A stretch of 64,000 nucleotides of DNA, from the NCBI GenBank assembly GCA_964016885.1, contig OZ024742.1:111476001-111540000 (forward strand). The letters are read 5' to 3'. Made by a program: the position numbers and the translations under genes. The notes beneath the pieces were generated by a model that saw only the letters and a list, made by a program, of their open reading frames with translations, was not told the DNA's origin and ran no database searches. Source of the stretch: Eledone cirrhosa (taxonomy: Eukaryota). Below, piece after piece: positions 1 through 13,859 of the stretch (positions within the stretch are counted from its first letter, which is position 1; every line of letters starts with the position of its first letter).

Positions 1-1300
1 GTCCCAAATCCCAAAAGCTTTGGGACATGTGTGGGCCAAAAAACCCCACATCAGACGTGGGCAGAAGTATGTGACCGTGGACGTGTTCATTGAAACACCA
101 CAGGAGGCTAGAGAACACTCCATGGCCCCATTAAAAAGTGACGACTTTACACTCGTCCCAAGCTATTGTGGCCAGAGACTCGTAAAGATCAGGGTGACGC
201 ACGTTCCACCGGCCATCGAAATTCTCTGGCTAATAGCTGCCGTCCTCGCCGGCATCGAAGCCAACACAAGGATAATCGAAATAGTGAAAGAAAAGCAGGA
301 GTACTGGTCCGGATCACGGATGGAGCTCCTGATCCAAGCGGTCCAAAAAAGCATTGAGGAGATCTCAGAGGTAATAGACCTCACTGACGGCAGCAACCTC
401 ACCGTAATTGTCGAGGGCAGAAGGCCTAGGTGTGTCGTTTGTGGTGAAGGAACACACCTATGGGCTTTCTGCCCTCAGGCTAAAAGGTTGATGCCACCTC
501 TCCTACCCACCCCAGTGACTCAACCATCAACACCACCAGCAGCAGAGATGACAACAACAACTGTAGCAGCAACAACAGAAGCAACTGTAACAGCAACAAC
601 CCCAGCAACAGTAGCAAAACCAACACCACCACCACCACCCAACGCATCAGAACTAGCACCAGCGCCTACACCATCCACCACGCACTCGTCCAGTGTCCGA
701 GCATTGCTGACTTGTGGGTTTATGTCGAACACCTGCTGTCACGTGTAGGACGGATCCACCTATCAGCTGAGTCCTTCGTGAGGATTGCCCCGCCCTCTAC
801 CTTTAACCGAGAAGGGTAAGCAGTTTTTATCTGTGTGGTGGCCACAGAGTTAGTATGGTGGACACGTTTGAAAGGGCTGAAGACGAGCACTTAGCTCTTT
901 GGTGATGCCCTGATTAACTTTTTCAAATTTCATTTGAAAAGGAAAATCCGGGTAGAAAGGGAAGTGCTCTCTTCCCAGCATTTTGCTGAAAGATGGGTGA
1001 GAGAGGCAAGAATGGCCCGAGTGTATGGGCCTACTCTGAGTATGTGTCTGTAAATTAAAGGTGGAAAACTGGGAGAGGGCACTTGCCCTGGTGGTCAGGG
1101 TCACTGTGGTTTTTTAATGGGCTTTCTCCACGAATGTCCCTCGGAAGTCTCCGCCCTATTGGGGAATTTTTTCATTGTTCTATTATTACATCCTCTGGTT
1201 TTGTTTTTCATACGCAGAAATGGCCATTTCTCCGCCCTGTATTGTCCTGTACTGTCCTTAATGTCTGCTTTATGTAGACCCTTGTGGTTAATAAAGAAAG

Positions 1301-1301
<1 letters not shown>
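1..1301 (+). mobile_element. Tx1/L1-clade non-LTR retrotransposon derivative: ORF1 fragment joined directly to the ORF2 C-terminus and 3' UTR (EN/RT missing)
   Basis: ORF 20-748 has a CCHC knuckle (CVVCGEGTHLWAFC) and Pro/Thr linker resembling ORF1 at 34450. From ~679 the DNA matches the ORF2 tail (HALVQCP...NFFKFHL). Ends CCCTTGTGGTTAATAAAGAAAGC + (ATT)n. Confidence 0.8.

Positions 1302-1376
<75 letters not shown>
1302..1376. repeat. (ATT)n microsatellite; tail/target tract between two Tx1-like elements
   Basis: Perfect ATT run seen directly. Confidence 0.95.
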
Positions 1377-1378
<2 letters not shown>

Positions 1379-4300
1379 GCGCTTATTGAATAATGATATT
1401 GATATTAGCGATAAAGACGAACAGTTGGCCAAAGCGTGGAGGCTAATTAAACGGGAGAAGTCCTGGGCAAACCTGACCATCCCGGACGAGGCAATAGCGG
1501 CCATGCAAAGGAGGACGGTGTTCTTTCGATGTATTTCGGTGCAAAAATTAAAAGTGGAACATGCGAGCCAAGCAGAGGTAGAGGCTGCTTTGGAGTACAT
1601 CGGAAGTAACATAGAGTACAAAGTAAGAGGCAAACAGTTTGGTACCATCTCGGTACTGTTCAAAACCGAGGCCCTCGCTATTAAGCACTCGGTGACCCCC
1701 TGCAGAACGCAACGCATTATCATGCATCCGTCCTATAAGGATAAAAAGACAGTGAAGGTACGCATTCCCAGCATCCCACCAGGAATGAATATATGGTGGC
1801 TGCTGGGATGCGTAATCGAGGAGGGGACAGACACTACCCCCCTGGACATGAAAAGGACAGAGAGAGAGGACTGGTCCGGAATGGATTTGGAGATTCTTCT
1901 CCAAATGAAACCGGAGGATATGAATAACATCCCGGATTTTGCCCGCCTACAGGACGGGACAACAATCCAACTAATGATTGACGGAAGAAGGCCACGCTGC
2001 TTCGTCTGCGGGGAAGCAACGCATCTTCAAGCCTTCTGCCCTCATCGCAAAAATGCAGGGGCTCGCAAACCTCCTTTGTTGCCAACGCCAATGTCAGCAC
2101 GGATAACTGCACCACCACGACCACCAACAACAACATCAACAAAAACACAGACACCAATATCAAAAGCAGCCGGATCACCACCAACACCAAATTCAATCCA
2201 AGGAGAAAACGAGGAAAGCTCTCCCACTCCCCCTACCCCCCCCCCCCAAATTATACACATAGACAAAACAATAAACGCACACACAGACACAGAGACACTC
2301 ACAGACACAGACCCTTTGTCTTCCAGCAGCGAAGATGAAGGAAAACCCAAAAGTGCAAAAAACCAGAAAACTCACAAAAAAGCCCCGACAAAACACAAAT
2401 ACACACACAACAAAAAATACAGACACCACTAACGCAAACACTTCCCCAATAATATCATCACCAACAGCAACATTGACACCACCTCCACAATCCCCGAAAC
2501 GCAAACAACCTAAACAAACACAAGTACAAATAAACACACAAATACCTGAAATTGCAGACACCACACCTACAACAAACATAGACATACCCGAAACAACACC
2601 ACCAAAACCATCGTCACCACCTTCACCAAGACGAAAACAAATAAAACCACACCAACAAAATGTTAAAAACTTCGTGCTTGTCAGAAGGGCCAACGATAAA
2701 CTGATGGCCCTCTTAGCGTGAAGCGAGGAACTTCAAACAGAGGGGGAGATTTTTGAAATGAGCACATTTTGCGTGCTAGAAGATTTGCTTCTGGTCCGAA
2801 TGTCACTCAATTCCTTCAAAGAAATTCGAGAGAGCTTTCCTCAAGACGTGGGAACCCCGAATGTGAAACACACACCAAGACTTTTAAAGGGGTTCCCAAA
2901 AGAAACCCCACCGACCATGGAGGTCGAACCACCCGACCTTCACAAGACCCGGGAGGTGAGCAAACCTTCTCTCTCTCTCTCTTAGCTTACCAATATGACC
3001 ATATTAAGAGTAGGAAGTTTAAATGTTCGCGGCCTGGGGTCACTCTGGAAGCAGGGTCGCCTGCTGAACGACCTCCCGTCGCTGGAATTGGATGTGATTG
3101 CCGTAAGCGAGACCAGAATTTCCGACACGCGCGCACTAGCCCCCATTTTCGAAGACTATCAGATCTTCGCATCTGTTAGCAGGCCGGGAATGGGGGGCGG
3201 GTTTAGTGCTGTTTAGGAAAGGACTGGATCTCAAGGCAGGTCGATCTTCCGGGACCCGGACGGTAAGTTTTTGGTCTTGGATGTGAGCAGTAGCGAAGGT
3301 GGTGCCTTTAGACTGCTGGCTGTCTACGCCCCTACAGGGGCCGGACGTCCTGACTTCTTTAGGCACCTGGAGACCTTTCTGGGTATATCTCGCCCTTTAA
3401 TGTTAGCGGGGGACTGGAATGGCATCTTAGACGCACGCTGGGATTGTGTGGGAGTAGCCGATAGGAGCGGGGGGTGCAAAAGACTCTATCACCTACTCAG
3501 CCAGTTCTAACTGTCTGACAGGTATCGACTAGAATAGAAAGGAGGGGGAGCTGGGAGATAAGTTAGACGAGGCTATTTGTAGTGGCATCGCAACTGACGT
3601 GCTAGCGGCGAGAATGGCATTAGACCATTTCTTCAATGCCAAACACGAAGGTTGCATTGTCAGAGCTAAGGCGGGTGCGCTGAGAAACGAGGGAACTAAA
3701 GCTGTTCGATGGGCCCGCGTGGCGGAGGCGCAGCGTGGTAATAAAACCACAATTCGGTCTTTGGCGGACCGAGACGCACACGAGATAAGCGATTCCAAGC
3801 GGATGTGTGAGGCCTTTCGCCAGCACTTTGCTCGGTTGTTCAGAGAGAGTGGCGAGTCAGAGAGAGAGTAGCGGATTTCCATCCCTACCATGACGGCTTG
3901 CCTCGGATCTCGACGGGTCGACGCCGAGCGCTGCGAAAGGCCGATTACTTCAGCCGAAATTCAGGACGCCCTTGTCGGCTGCATGAGGCGCAAGTCACCC
4001 GGTTTGGAAGGCCTACCCTACGAGCTTTACGTAAATATGCCAGGCTTGTTCTCCGAACTCCTCGAAGCACTCTACTGCAACTGGCTGCAGAATGGGAGTA
4101 TTCCAAGTTCTGTGAGCAGGGGAGTGGTGACGCTGATAAGGAAAGACGAGAACAAGAGGGATACTTTAGACAACTTCAGACCCATAACTCTGCTCAACAC
4201 AGAGTTTAAGATTTTGGCCAAGGTGTTAGCAAAGAGATTAGCGCTTGTCGTCGAGGATTTGGTAGGGGAGGCGCAAACTGGCGCAATCCCAGCCAGGTCC

Positions 4301-6301
4301 ATACACGACAATCTCCACGTCATGCGATACATCATAGAGAGGGTTGGGTGTAAACCTGGCTTCGGTGGGGCACTGATCAATTTAGATCAATCGAAAGCAT
4401 CGATAGGGTTGACCATCGGTATCTGGAGTTTTCCCTAAAAGCAGCTGGCTTCGGCCCTGTCTTTAGAAGCTGGATCGTTGCAATTCACAGCGACACATGC
4501 TCGGTGGTCAAGGTTAATGGCCACCTCTCGGAACCATTTCGGCTCTCCCGATTGGTCCGTCAAGGGTGCCCTCTCTCTTCCCTTCTGTACGTATTGACTC
4601 TCGAGCCTTTACTGCGGAAGCTGGAGCTGTTGCAGGGCATCCAGTTCGAACCGGGACGTGGAAAGGCGGTGTCGGCTTATGCGGACGACATCACCGTGAT
4701 GGTGTCGAACACCTCAGAAATCGAGGTGGTCGGCACCTTATTGAAGGAATATGAAAGGTTGACAGGAGCCAAACTTGACCCAGAAAAGTCGGTGGGTTTG
4801 CAGCTCGGAACCTGGAGAGGCAAGCCCATGCCGTCCAAGAGCGTCGTGGGGCGCTGGACGGACGGATCAGTAAAGTTGCTCGGGGTTTGGTTCGGACCAG
4901 ACCTCCAGGTGGAAAAGAATTGGGACGAGGTAACGAGCAGAGTAGCCAGTCTCACCCAAAAATGGGCTGGGAGGAAGCTATCACTGAAAGGTCGCGCGGA
5001 GGTGGCGAATGCGTACATCGCGTCCGTCATCTACTACCGCCTGACCGTCGTGCCTTGCCCCTGTCCGCGCCTCGTCAAGCTGGAACGGCTCTTCTTCAAA
5101 TTCTTGTGGAGGGGACAAGTTCCGTTGGTGAGGAGGTCCATCTGATGCCAGCACCCTCTACGCGGAGGGCTGGGCATGCCGTGGCAGACATGCGTTGAGG
5201 CTGCGACATCTCCAGATATTCTGCCTCAACGGTGAACAGGTGTGGTCGCCGTTTATTAGACGGGCCTTTCCGCAGCTCATTTCTTTGAGTGAGCTGCAGT
5301 CCTGGGCCAAGTAGAGACCGAGACTGGGTGACTGGCACCTGGAAAGTTACCAGGCACTCACTGCCCTCTACCAAGTGGGTAATGAGATCAGTGAAACTTC
5401 CACTCTCGAGTTCTATATAGGATTAGTGGTGGGCAAGTGCGATGACGGACTCGGAGAACTTTGGGCCTCGACGAAGTCGAACTGACCAGTCTGTACCGGA
5501 GGACTTTTGAGCCGGGGACGATGGACAATTTCCAGAAATCCCTCGCTTGGCAGTGCTACCGGGGGGCACTGCCGGTTCGGGATAAACTCTACAAGCACGG
5601 AAGTGCTGTCAGACGGACCTGCCCAAGATGCGCACAGAACGACGAAACCGTTCTGCACGCACTTGTCCAATGTCCGTGCATTATTGACTTGTGGATTTAT
5701 GTCGAACAGCTACTGTCGCGTGTGGGACGAATCCGGCTATCGGCCGAGTCCATAGTGAAGATCGATCCACCGCCTTCCTTAGGTCAGGAAGAGCAGGACA
5801 CTTTCCTCTGTCTGGTGGCAGTTGCGAAAGAGATTATATGGTGGACCAGGTTGAAAGCACTAAAGACAGACACTTTTCTCTTCGGCCAATCCCTCATCAA
5901 CTTCTTCAAGTTTCACCTGGAAAGGAAGGTGAGGGTGGAGAGAGAAGTGCTGCCCCCCAGTACATTTGCTAAAAGGTGGGTGAATGTGGCGAGAATGGCT
6001 CGTGTGAATGGGCCTACTCTGACCATGCGCCTATAGGCTAGCTAACTTGAGGAGAGGGGTGCCCTAGAAGCGCAGGGTGGTTCAGGATTGGTGGGGTACC
6101 TGAAGCACCCCAGGGTCGTACACCCCTATCGGGGAATTTATTTTGTTATATTTATGCATAGTTTATTTTATATTTTTATATTTTCATTGTTAAATTAGTC
6201 TTGCCATTGTGCACTTTTACTCGACCATATTGTAAACCCCCACTGTCCCTGTCTTTGTATTGTCCCCTACATGTCGGCCCTGGTGGCTAATAAATGAAAC
6301 C
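1377..6301 (+). mobile_element. 5'-truncated, decayed Tx1/L1-clade LINE (same family as 34223-40135)
   Basis: Collinear with 34816-40135. ORF1 zinc knuckle CFVCGEATHLQAFC; APE start SLNVRGL/GDWN; RT motifs KSPG, FRPITLLN, RQGCPLS, YADD; C-terminal CPRC..HALVQC. Several stops/frameshifts and a ~370 bp deletion at ~3533. (ATT)n tail 6302-6334. Confidence 0.95.
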
Positions 6302-6332
<31 letters not shown>

Positions 6333-7049
6333 TACAGAATTCTTCCTGATACAGGATAAAAGATATAAGTAAATTTTAACAATTTAGTGATAGTAAGTTT
6401 GTTCATTATCTTTGAACGTCGATCGGGAAATAGAAGCCACTTGCAAAAAATGCTGATCATGTACAAAACCATTGTCTATTTCATAACAGAGCCAATCCGG
6501 TAATAAAGCAACGGATCAGATTATCAGTAAAAATGTATGAAAATATGCTAAGCACATATCGTATGATTATAATCTCCACTAAAGATAAATTTGATAAAAT
6601 ATGTTTACTGCAATGTTGCACAAATCTTGTTTAGCAAATAAAACTTATTTAGCTATACCTAAACTTTTCCGACAGAATTATGTATAATTCTGAATACAAT
6701 TTAAGACTCAATTCCATACTACTACTACTACTACTACTATGGCATGCAAACGTATCTCTACGTCGACGAAGATTAAGAACGATTTCCATACAACCATGGT
6801 ATTGTATCGTTACAAGGAAATATGTGAAGGTACATGCAAGATCTACAAGCCCACAAGACCGAACAAGCAAACAGTTCAGAGTGCACACTGGCAGAGGAAG
6901 TCATCCTACACAAAATAAACTATTGATCGCATTGCGCATACCTGTAGAACCGAGTTTATATTGAAATATCAAAACGTGACCACCCTATAAATGGAATCGC
7001 CGAAAATCTATGACTGGCTGGTTGCTAATCGAAAATAAGTTGTATATTG

Positions 7050-7370
7050 GACATTTCTAACATGTTTAAAGCGCCAGTTATATTCCTTTCTGGCTATGCG
7101 TGCGAAAATTTCTTCAAACACTACTTGAAAAGGAAGGTGGAGTTAGAGAAGGAATATTGCCTTCTTGATATAAAGGAGAATTCTTGTTTTTGTGTCGAGT
7201 TTTTCCTGGAACACGTGGAGAGTCAATACATACAACAGAGACGACAGTGGACAATTAAAGCGAAATGTTGTCGCATTGCATTGCAGCAATCCATCTTCTG
7301 AATGTGGGTTCGAAGCTCTCCAGCTTGAGGTCTGCCACTACGTATCGATGATCAACCCTCTCAAAGGAAT
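7050..7370. mobile_element. Old Tx1-like fragments (plus-strand ORF2 tail abutting a minus-strand RT piece)
   Basis: Plus strand NFFKHYLKRKVELEKE resembles NFFKFHLERKVRVERE. Minus strand FERVDHRY..FRRWIAAM and CPLSSLLYVLTL match ORF2 RT motifs. Confidence 0.6.
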
Positions 7371-8146
7371 GGTGACGTTTAACTTTGGCTGCATAAGACC
7401 GGTATCGTTCAACGCGAAGGTTTCAAGCCAGTGTGATCAAAAATGGAATTGACCCAAGATATTGATTCTGTGATGAGCATGTTAAGAACATTGACAATCT
7501 GATTTAAGGCTACAAATGTATAGAAAACGGGGCATGATAGTGTGGGGCAATACTTACCCTAGGTAATGTGAGGGTTTTAGGGTCTGAAAACACCCCAGAA
7601 CATTTCAGGGATGCTGTCAAAGGCAAACTGAACACACTTGGTTTTATTGTTGAGTAATGGGAATGGTCTTTATCTTTTTGCGGTCAAATGGAGGGAACAT
7701 TCCATGTGTAAAAGAACACGTAAGAGTCCCGGTTGGAACATGTCTATAACATCTGCGGAAAGGTTGTTCTTTTTACGTGTCTGGCTTGTTATTCATTTAA
7801 GAGCTCACAGCAATCAGCAGTCTTGGGTCGATTCTATTGGTGTCTTCACTAAAGGGCCTGCGAGTTATTTATGTGAGGTTGCAACAAAGACTGAAGGTCT
7901 GTTGCTGGACACAAGCGGCGCGTGAGAGTGCATATCAAGGAAGTTACGTCCAGAACTGTCCAAGAGCCTCGTGTGTTTCACATCTGTAAAATAGTATGCA
8001 GGAGTGAGGCAAGTTTGCAGAGTATTTTGCGAGCACATGGCCTTTCAGAACAACGGTGAAGAGATGGCCCTCTCCAGTAGTTATCATATACCTATATGTA
8101 TACACACACATACACACACACACACACTCACACACACACACACACT

Positions 8147-8179
<33 letters not shown>

Positions 8180-9283
8180 GTGTGTGTATGTGTATGTAGC
8201 TATATGTATATGTGTGTGTGTGTGTGTGTGTATTTCGGCGTATATACCTACGTTTTGCAAAATGTGGTGTCCAAATACTAGATGGCACCAACAGTCGAAA
8301 GTAGGCAGCTGAGAAACGGCAACCCTGCCAAGCTGACCAACTTGTTTAGAACGGAAGAAACAGAGGCACCCGGCTGAATATCTTGTGTAATGTTCTTCGC
8401 GAATAATTCACACCGTCAACTTTACACAGACCGTCGTTACCAGGCCTTCCTGAGACAGACGGCTCTCTCTGCCAACCTCACACAAACTGCCTGAATTGGA
8501 AACTCCACCGTATTAAATAGTCTACCTCTAGTAAAACGCCGTTTTTCTTTGCCTGTAAAATCTATCCATAAATACATACATTAAATACGCACGCACATAA
8601 TGTATACATACATATAAACATACACACATACATATACAGACGCACGCAAATATATATGTAATATGTATATACATATATATATATATATATAATAAATATC
8701 ATTTATATCTTATTATATTAAATTTGAAATAATATAAATATTATTTTGTGTTTATTCATTGATATTCAGGTCTACCTTTAGCCAAATGAGTTTTCCGATT
8801 ATGTATCACATTGATTCAGTTCACATTGTATGACGTCTCTCGGTCGGCTTATGTTTTGCATTAGCCAAGCATAACTTTAATATATTTCCATTGATATTTA
8901 CATTTGTACAGTTCAAATATTTAGTGATTGCATAAACATGTAGTAATCTAATATTACATGAAGTAAAGAACGGCCAGTTACATATCAGTCGGACGCAGAG
9001 GAATTGCAATCTAAAATAGACTGATATATGTTTTTTCAGGTAACAGAATGAGTGAAAGACCAGTAATGCTTTAAACAGAATTAACGTTATTCTCTGCTAA
9101 CATTGTATATTTTATTCGGGATAGGGATTCCAGAGAATATTAATGATAAAGCGTTTCCTCTTCAATTACTGTTTTGCTTTCTGTAAAAGTTTAACCGTAG
9201 AATGATAACACCAACGCCAACACAATACATAGAATGACAATGTATATTGAGAGCTACAGGAAAAAATCTATTAATTATGTGAA

Positions 9284-9630
9284 CTAGCTGACGTACTCAG
9301 CTTCGCACGGGTAAACATATGATAAGAGAAGACAGGTAAAAGAGAAAATGACTATATTGGATGTTTGTATGGTTACAGTATGAGGCGAGTCTGTGGTGTC
9401 TGTGTGATACAAAAAATAATAAAAAAAATCTTTCTGATATACCAGATTGTTCGTTGTACCGTTTGTGCATAGTATATTAACAATACTAGGTGCTCCCACC
9501 TAGAAAAGTGGTCTCTAGGAGATGGTTCATCTTCTGCCTGACTGTAAAACATGTATCATTGCATAGACCTGGTTGTTCCACGTTTCTCAAAAGGATGATG
9601 GAAGTTCCAATCTTTTATATTATATGTAGA
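9284..9630 (-). mobile_element. Non-autonomous Helitron-like element
   Basis: Minus strand starts A|TCTACATATAATATAAAAG and ends CCCGTGCGAAGCTGAGTACGTCAGCTAG|T: 5'-TC, 3'-CTAG, inserted between A and T, no TSD. Confidence 0.55.
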
Positions 9631-10386
9631 TATAGATATAGATAATTAATATAAACGATGTCTGTCAATGTAAAAAAAGGTCCCAATTTACTGCCTTCAG
9701 AACTCTGTGTATGTTAGACGGACAGACAGGCACACAGACAGATAATCTGCGTGGCGATTGTGGGTTGCCGCACACACACATACACGTATGGAAACGCGCA
9801 CACACACATACACGTATGGAAACGCGCGCACACACGCAAACTTACACACGCACTCAAACGTACACACGCACACACTCACACATGTTGATAGTTTTTACTT
9901 TCTGTGGAATGCTGCACGCACGCACACACACATAAACATACGCGCACGTACATACACATGCACATACATACGCACGCACACATGTTAATAGTTATTGCTT
10001 TCCTTCCCCTCTTATTTCCACACACACACACATGTCTCTACACTGACACATATACTTAGTGTATCCAACACAGCGTTTACACTCTCCCCTCTCACTCCCT
10101 CATTGGCATTATGCATATTAATTTCAGTTTGGCGTCGTTGAGGTGGGCGGAGTCGTTTGAAACCTATGAACCAATGATAATCGAGAATTATGACACACGG
10201 AATACTGACATTGTTCAAATTAATATATAGATATATGTAACATTTAGAAATCAATTAATTCTTATTGATTTTATGTAATTAAGTTTCAAGACTGTCGATC
10301 TGTGTAACCTAAAAAGCTAAAAGGGTTTACTATATATTAACATGTGCACATACATAGAAATGCTGTTCACTGTCCAACCCACCTCC

Positions 10387-10510
<124 letters not shown>

Positions 10511-10674
10511 AATTAATATATCTACCGACATATGTATACAGATGCATACCTATGCTAGCAAATATATATGTTTTGTCTTAGTAACTTTGTGGTTCTATGC
10601 AAGGGGATGCAGAACAATTATATGAAAGACGTAAATAAGAAAGTTATGAACATTGACTTACTTACTAAAATTTC

Positions 10675-10755
10675 ACTCCAACTAATTAGTTTCTGTAAGG
10701 GGATAAATATGGTTACGGAGTGTATCCATAGAGAAGCCTTACGTCATCAGGGAGT
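10675..10755 (-). ncRNA. Type I hammerhead ribozyme motif
   Basis: Minus strand: ACTCC-CTGATGA-c-GTAAGG...CCTTAC-a-GAAAC-TAATTA-GTT-GGAGT. Stem I ACTCC/GGAGT, stem II GTAAGG/CCTTAC, stem III ACT/AGT, GUU triplet. Confidence 0.75.
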
Positions 10756-11064
10756 CTATTCTCAGCTAAGCTTCCAGGCAATGCGGGGACACTGGGAACT
10801 TATATAAACATAATTCAGTGGATGGAAAAAAGCGAGCGGGGCTAGATTCCAAGACATTGCAAAATTCACTGCCTACTTGGTCAAGTGGCAAATTCAAAAG
10901 AATCAATCACGTGACACTGAGGTTAATCAGCTAGGAGTGGGGGTGCTATCAAGACAGATCCTAGCCACTACTATTAATCATAGTAGTAATTTAGTCAAAT
11001 TTTGAATTATTTTTATATAAGTTCCCAGTGTCCCCGCATTGCCTGGAAGCTTAGCTGAGAATAG

Positions 11065-11145
11065 ACTCCCTGATGACGTAAGGCTTCCCTATGGGTACAC
11101 TCCGTAACCATATTTATCCCCTTACAGAAACTAATTAGTTGAAGT
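11065..11145 (+). ncRNA. Type I hammerhead ribozyme motif (mirror copy, one stem I mismatch)
   Basis: ACTCC CTGATGA (11070-11076) ... GAAAC (11127) TAATTA GTT GAAGT. Confidence 0.7.
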
Positions 11146-11192
11146 GAAATTTTAGTAAGTAAGTCAATTTTCATAACTTTCTTATTTACGTC

Positions 11193-11265
<73 letters not shown>

Positions 11266-11638
11266 TACATACATACATACATATATGTGTATACATATCC
11301 CGTATCTCCAAAGAAATACGGTTTTAGGAAGCCGTAGCTATGAAAACACCGGGTGGCTAACCCCCTCTGGTGATGTCCAGCAGAAGCAAGGGGGACAACC
11401 GTCTATGCATTTTAGGTTAACTGGCCTTCGTCAGGACGGTCCCTCCCACCGCTTGCGACTGCTGGACTAGAAGACAGGCGAGAATATATACTTCGGCGCG
11501 AAATTAGGTAACTCACATTCTAGGAACCTCTACAATCTAAGGGACATGTCATTCGGTTAGGCGAACCAGATTTGGTGCTGATTTAAACGGTCGAACTTCA
11601 AAAGAACACATTTTATCTCGTACTATTTAAACTTCAAA

Positions 11639-11858
11639 GGCGGTGGATTGGCAGTATCGATGGAGCGCTGGACAACATAATTTAATGCATAGAGTTACGG
11701 CCCTTAACGATCTGGATTCAAATCCTGTCGAGGTTAGCTTTGCCTTTCTTCCATACAGAGTTGATAAAATAAAGTACATATAATGGACTGGGGGCAAAAT
11801 AAATAACTTTCCCCTCCTCAAAAATTGTTGTCCGTGTGCCTAAATCTGAAACCATTAT
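11639..11858 (+). mobile_element. tRNA-derived SINE (older copy)
   Basis: A-box-like TGGCAGTATCG, B-box-like GATTCAAATCC, central TTTGCCTTTC..GATAAAATAAAGTAC domain, tail GTGTGCCTAAATCTGAAACCATTATT. Confidence 0.8.
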
Positions 11859-11869
11859 TTTGTTTATAT

Positions 11870-12056
11870 GTGGATTGGCAGTATCGGTAGAGGGTCGGGA
11901 CGCCATGCTTTGAAGCATAAAGTTACCTCCCTTTATGATCTGAGTTCAAATCCCGCCGAGGTTAACTTTGCCTTTCATCCTTACGGGGTCGATAAAATAA
12001 AGTACCAGTAATGCACTGGGATAATTGCTGGCCTTGTGCCAAAAGTAGAAACAATT
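11870..12056 (+). mobile_element. tRNA-derived SINE inserted in the tail of the preceding SINE
   Basis: Same family as 40174 and 45797. Flanked by the direct repeat ATTATTTT(T)GTTTATATGT (~11854 and ~12054), interpreted as a TSD. Confidence 0.85.
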
Positions 12057-12429
12057 ATTTTGTTTATATGTATTATATATTTATATATTATCATTTATAA
12101 CGCATGATTTAATTATCATTTTTCATTACTTATTATTCTATATTTTTGTTCTCTATTTCTCATTTCTATATAGTGTATGAATCAGTTTATCGGCTATATA
12201 ATTTTCATCCAACCTCTTAATCGCAAAATATTAATTTATATGTTTATGGCTTTAATTTTCATATGTTTATACATTTATGTTCTTTGTGTCTAATTTAGAG
12301 ATCTACATAGACCCTATCTTATTTGCCTAAACTATTTGTACCAGAAAATTTTTCTATGTATAATAACTATATCAAGTATTCGTACCTCAACCATCCTGAT
12401 ATTTTCTATTTCATTAGTAACGCAACGGG

Positions 12430-12960
12430 GTGACCTTCACAATGAAGTAAGTTGATAGCTGGGTCCGTTCTCACGCGATAATAACTGTTCGATAACACAT
12501 AACAAGTCAGCAATACTCAGACATGGGACGACTGCGTGCAGAAAGGTTTCATCGTTCTTCGCGCCTCTTCGAGAGGCTTGCCTGCCAGCATTTCCATGCT
12601 TGTAGTGATTGTCTTGAAATGGCAGTGCCCCATATATCTTTCAGTGCTCTTTCCCACTCACTTGTTAGTGCCACTTCGGTCCGTCTCAAATTCACAGATA
12701 TAGTTCTGTGGATAAGCGTAATTGTTTCCTTTGTCAGTAACACCTTGGGCAGGAGGGCTATTTCTGATCTTGAGTTTTTCGGCTTAACTAATGTGGCAGC
12801 TTCTGTCAAATAGTAGTCTTAATTTTGGTATATCAGCTTCCCTTGCATCAGTGGCTGCGAATGTTGTTATTATTATTTTTGTTGCTTTTGTAGTTTTCAC
12901 GTTGCTGTTGTTTTTCTTGTTGTTATTTATACTGTTGTTGTCGTTGATGCTCATGGGTCA
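12430..12960 (-). mobile_element. Possible decayed Tx1-like ORF1 N-terminal fragment
   Basis: Minus-strand peptides TTFAA... and ETITLIHRTISVNLRR-TEVALTSEWERALKDIW weakly parallel ORF1 TTFAAA...EAIAAMQRRTVLFRC...ELASQAEVEAVLEYIG. Confidence 0.35.
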
Positions 12961-13859
12961 AAACTAAGGGGCTATGATCAACACACTCGGATGATTTTTG
13001 GTTTAGCCACAGAAATAACAAAAAAAAATCCATGCTTATACTGCTATCAATATAAGTAATACTGTTTTTATTTTAATACAAAGGTAATTCAAGCAATTTG
13101 AAGTTTGTTGAAAATAATCAACTGTTTCATTATTAGAAATCTATCTTTATGCAAGTAACATTTCTCTTTTCTCTAATGTTCGCTGTTTAAGTTAATTTAT
13201 CAGTATACTAAAAATAATTAAGCTTCAATTAAAGTTTACAATAAAAAAAAAGAAACATAATCAAATAGAAAATCTTATTCCATGCAATCCAAGAAAAATA
13301 GATCGAAATAGTACTGCTCTAGCAGCTACCGTTATAGTTACATCTCAAAATCCATTATCTTGCAGTCAATTAAAGTATATACATCAAGCTTGGTTCTGAA
13401 AATTAGTTCGCGGATTTTTTGTATCATTCGCAATGTTTTAAAGGCAGGACAGAACCGACAATTATTCGGATATCAGCAAGATTTACAAATAAATAGAGAG
13501 CGAATGGAACATAATTTACCTCATAAAAGTGGAGTGAGCAGACTAACCAATTAAAACCCGGAAAATCTATTTAGCTATGAGTCGCCATTCCAAATAACTC
13601 TTTGCGGTCACTTAATTTATCCTAATAAAATTGGAGGATCCTTTACCACCCCGTTAATTAGCCCGTCAAACAGCCTCAACTATCAACTCCTCCATGTCAG
13701 CTTGCACTATTATTATTCACGTTTATATATTTGTTTAAATATTTATTTCGTGTTATAATTTTATGTGGGAATTATTCGACAGATTTATATTTTTTCACAT
13801 TTGAATTTGCGGATTTCCTTATTTTATTTTAAAATATATTTTTAATACATAAAAGTACG

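Larger units (their letters stand above)
10620..11199. mobile_element. Fold-back element with ~190 bp inverted arms, each carrying a hammerhead ribozyme motif (Penelope-like/retrozyme-like terminus)
   Basis: 10620-10808 is the near-exact reverse complement of 11012-11199, with a ~200 bp spacer. The right end runs into (TA)n. Confidence 0.8.

Noticed and set aside
1284-2432. 382-aa ORF with an N-terminal poly-Ile run resembling a membrane anchor
   Set aside because: Chance in-frame fusion of an (ATT)n tract with a 5'-truncated ORF1; the start is not ATG.
11870-11960. tRNA-like A/B boxes
   Set aside because: These are SINE heads with no complete cloverleaf, not tRNA genes.
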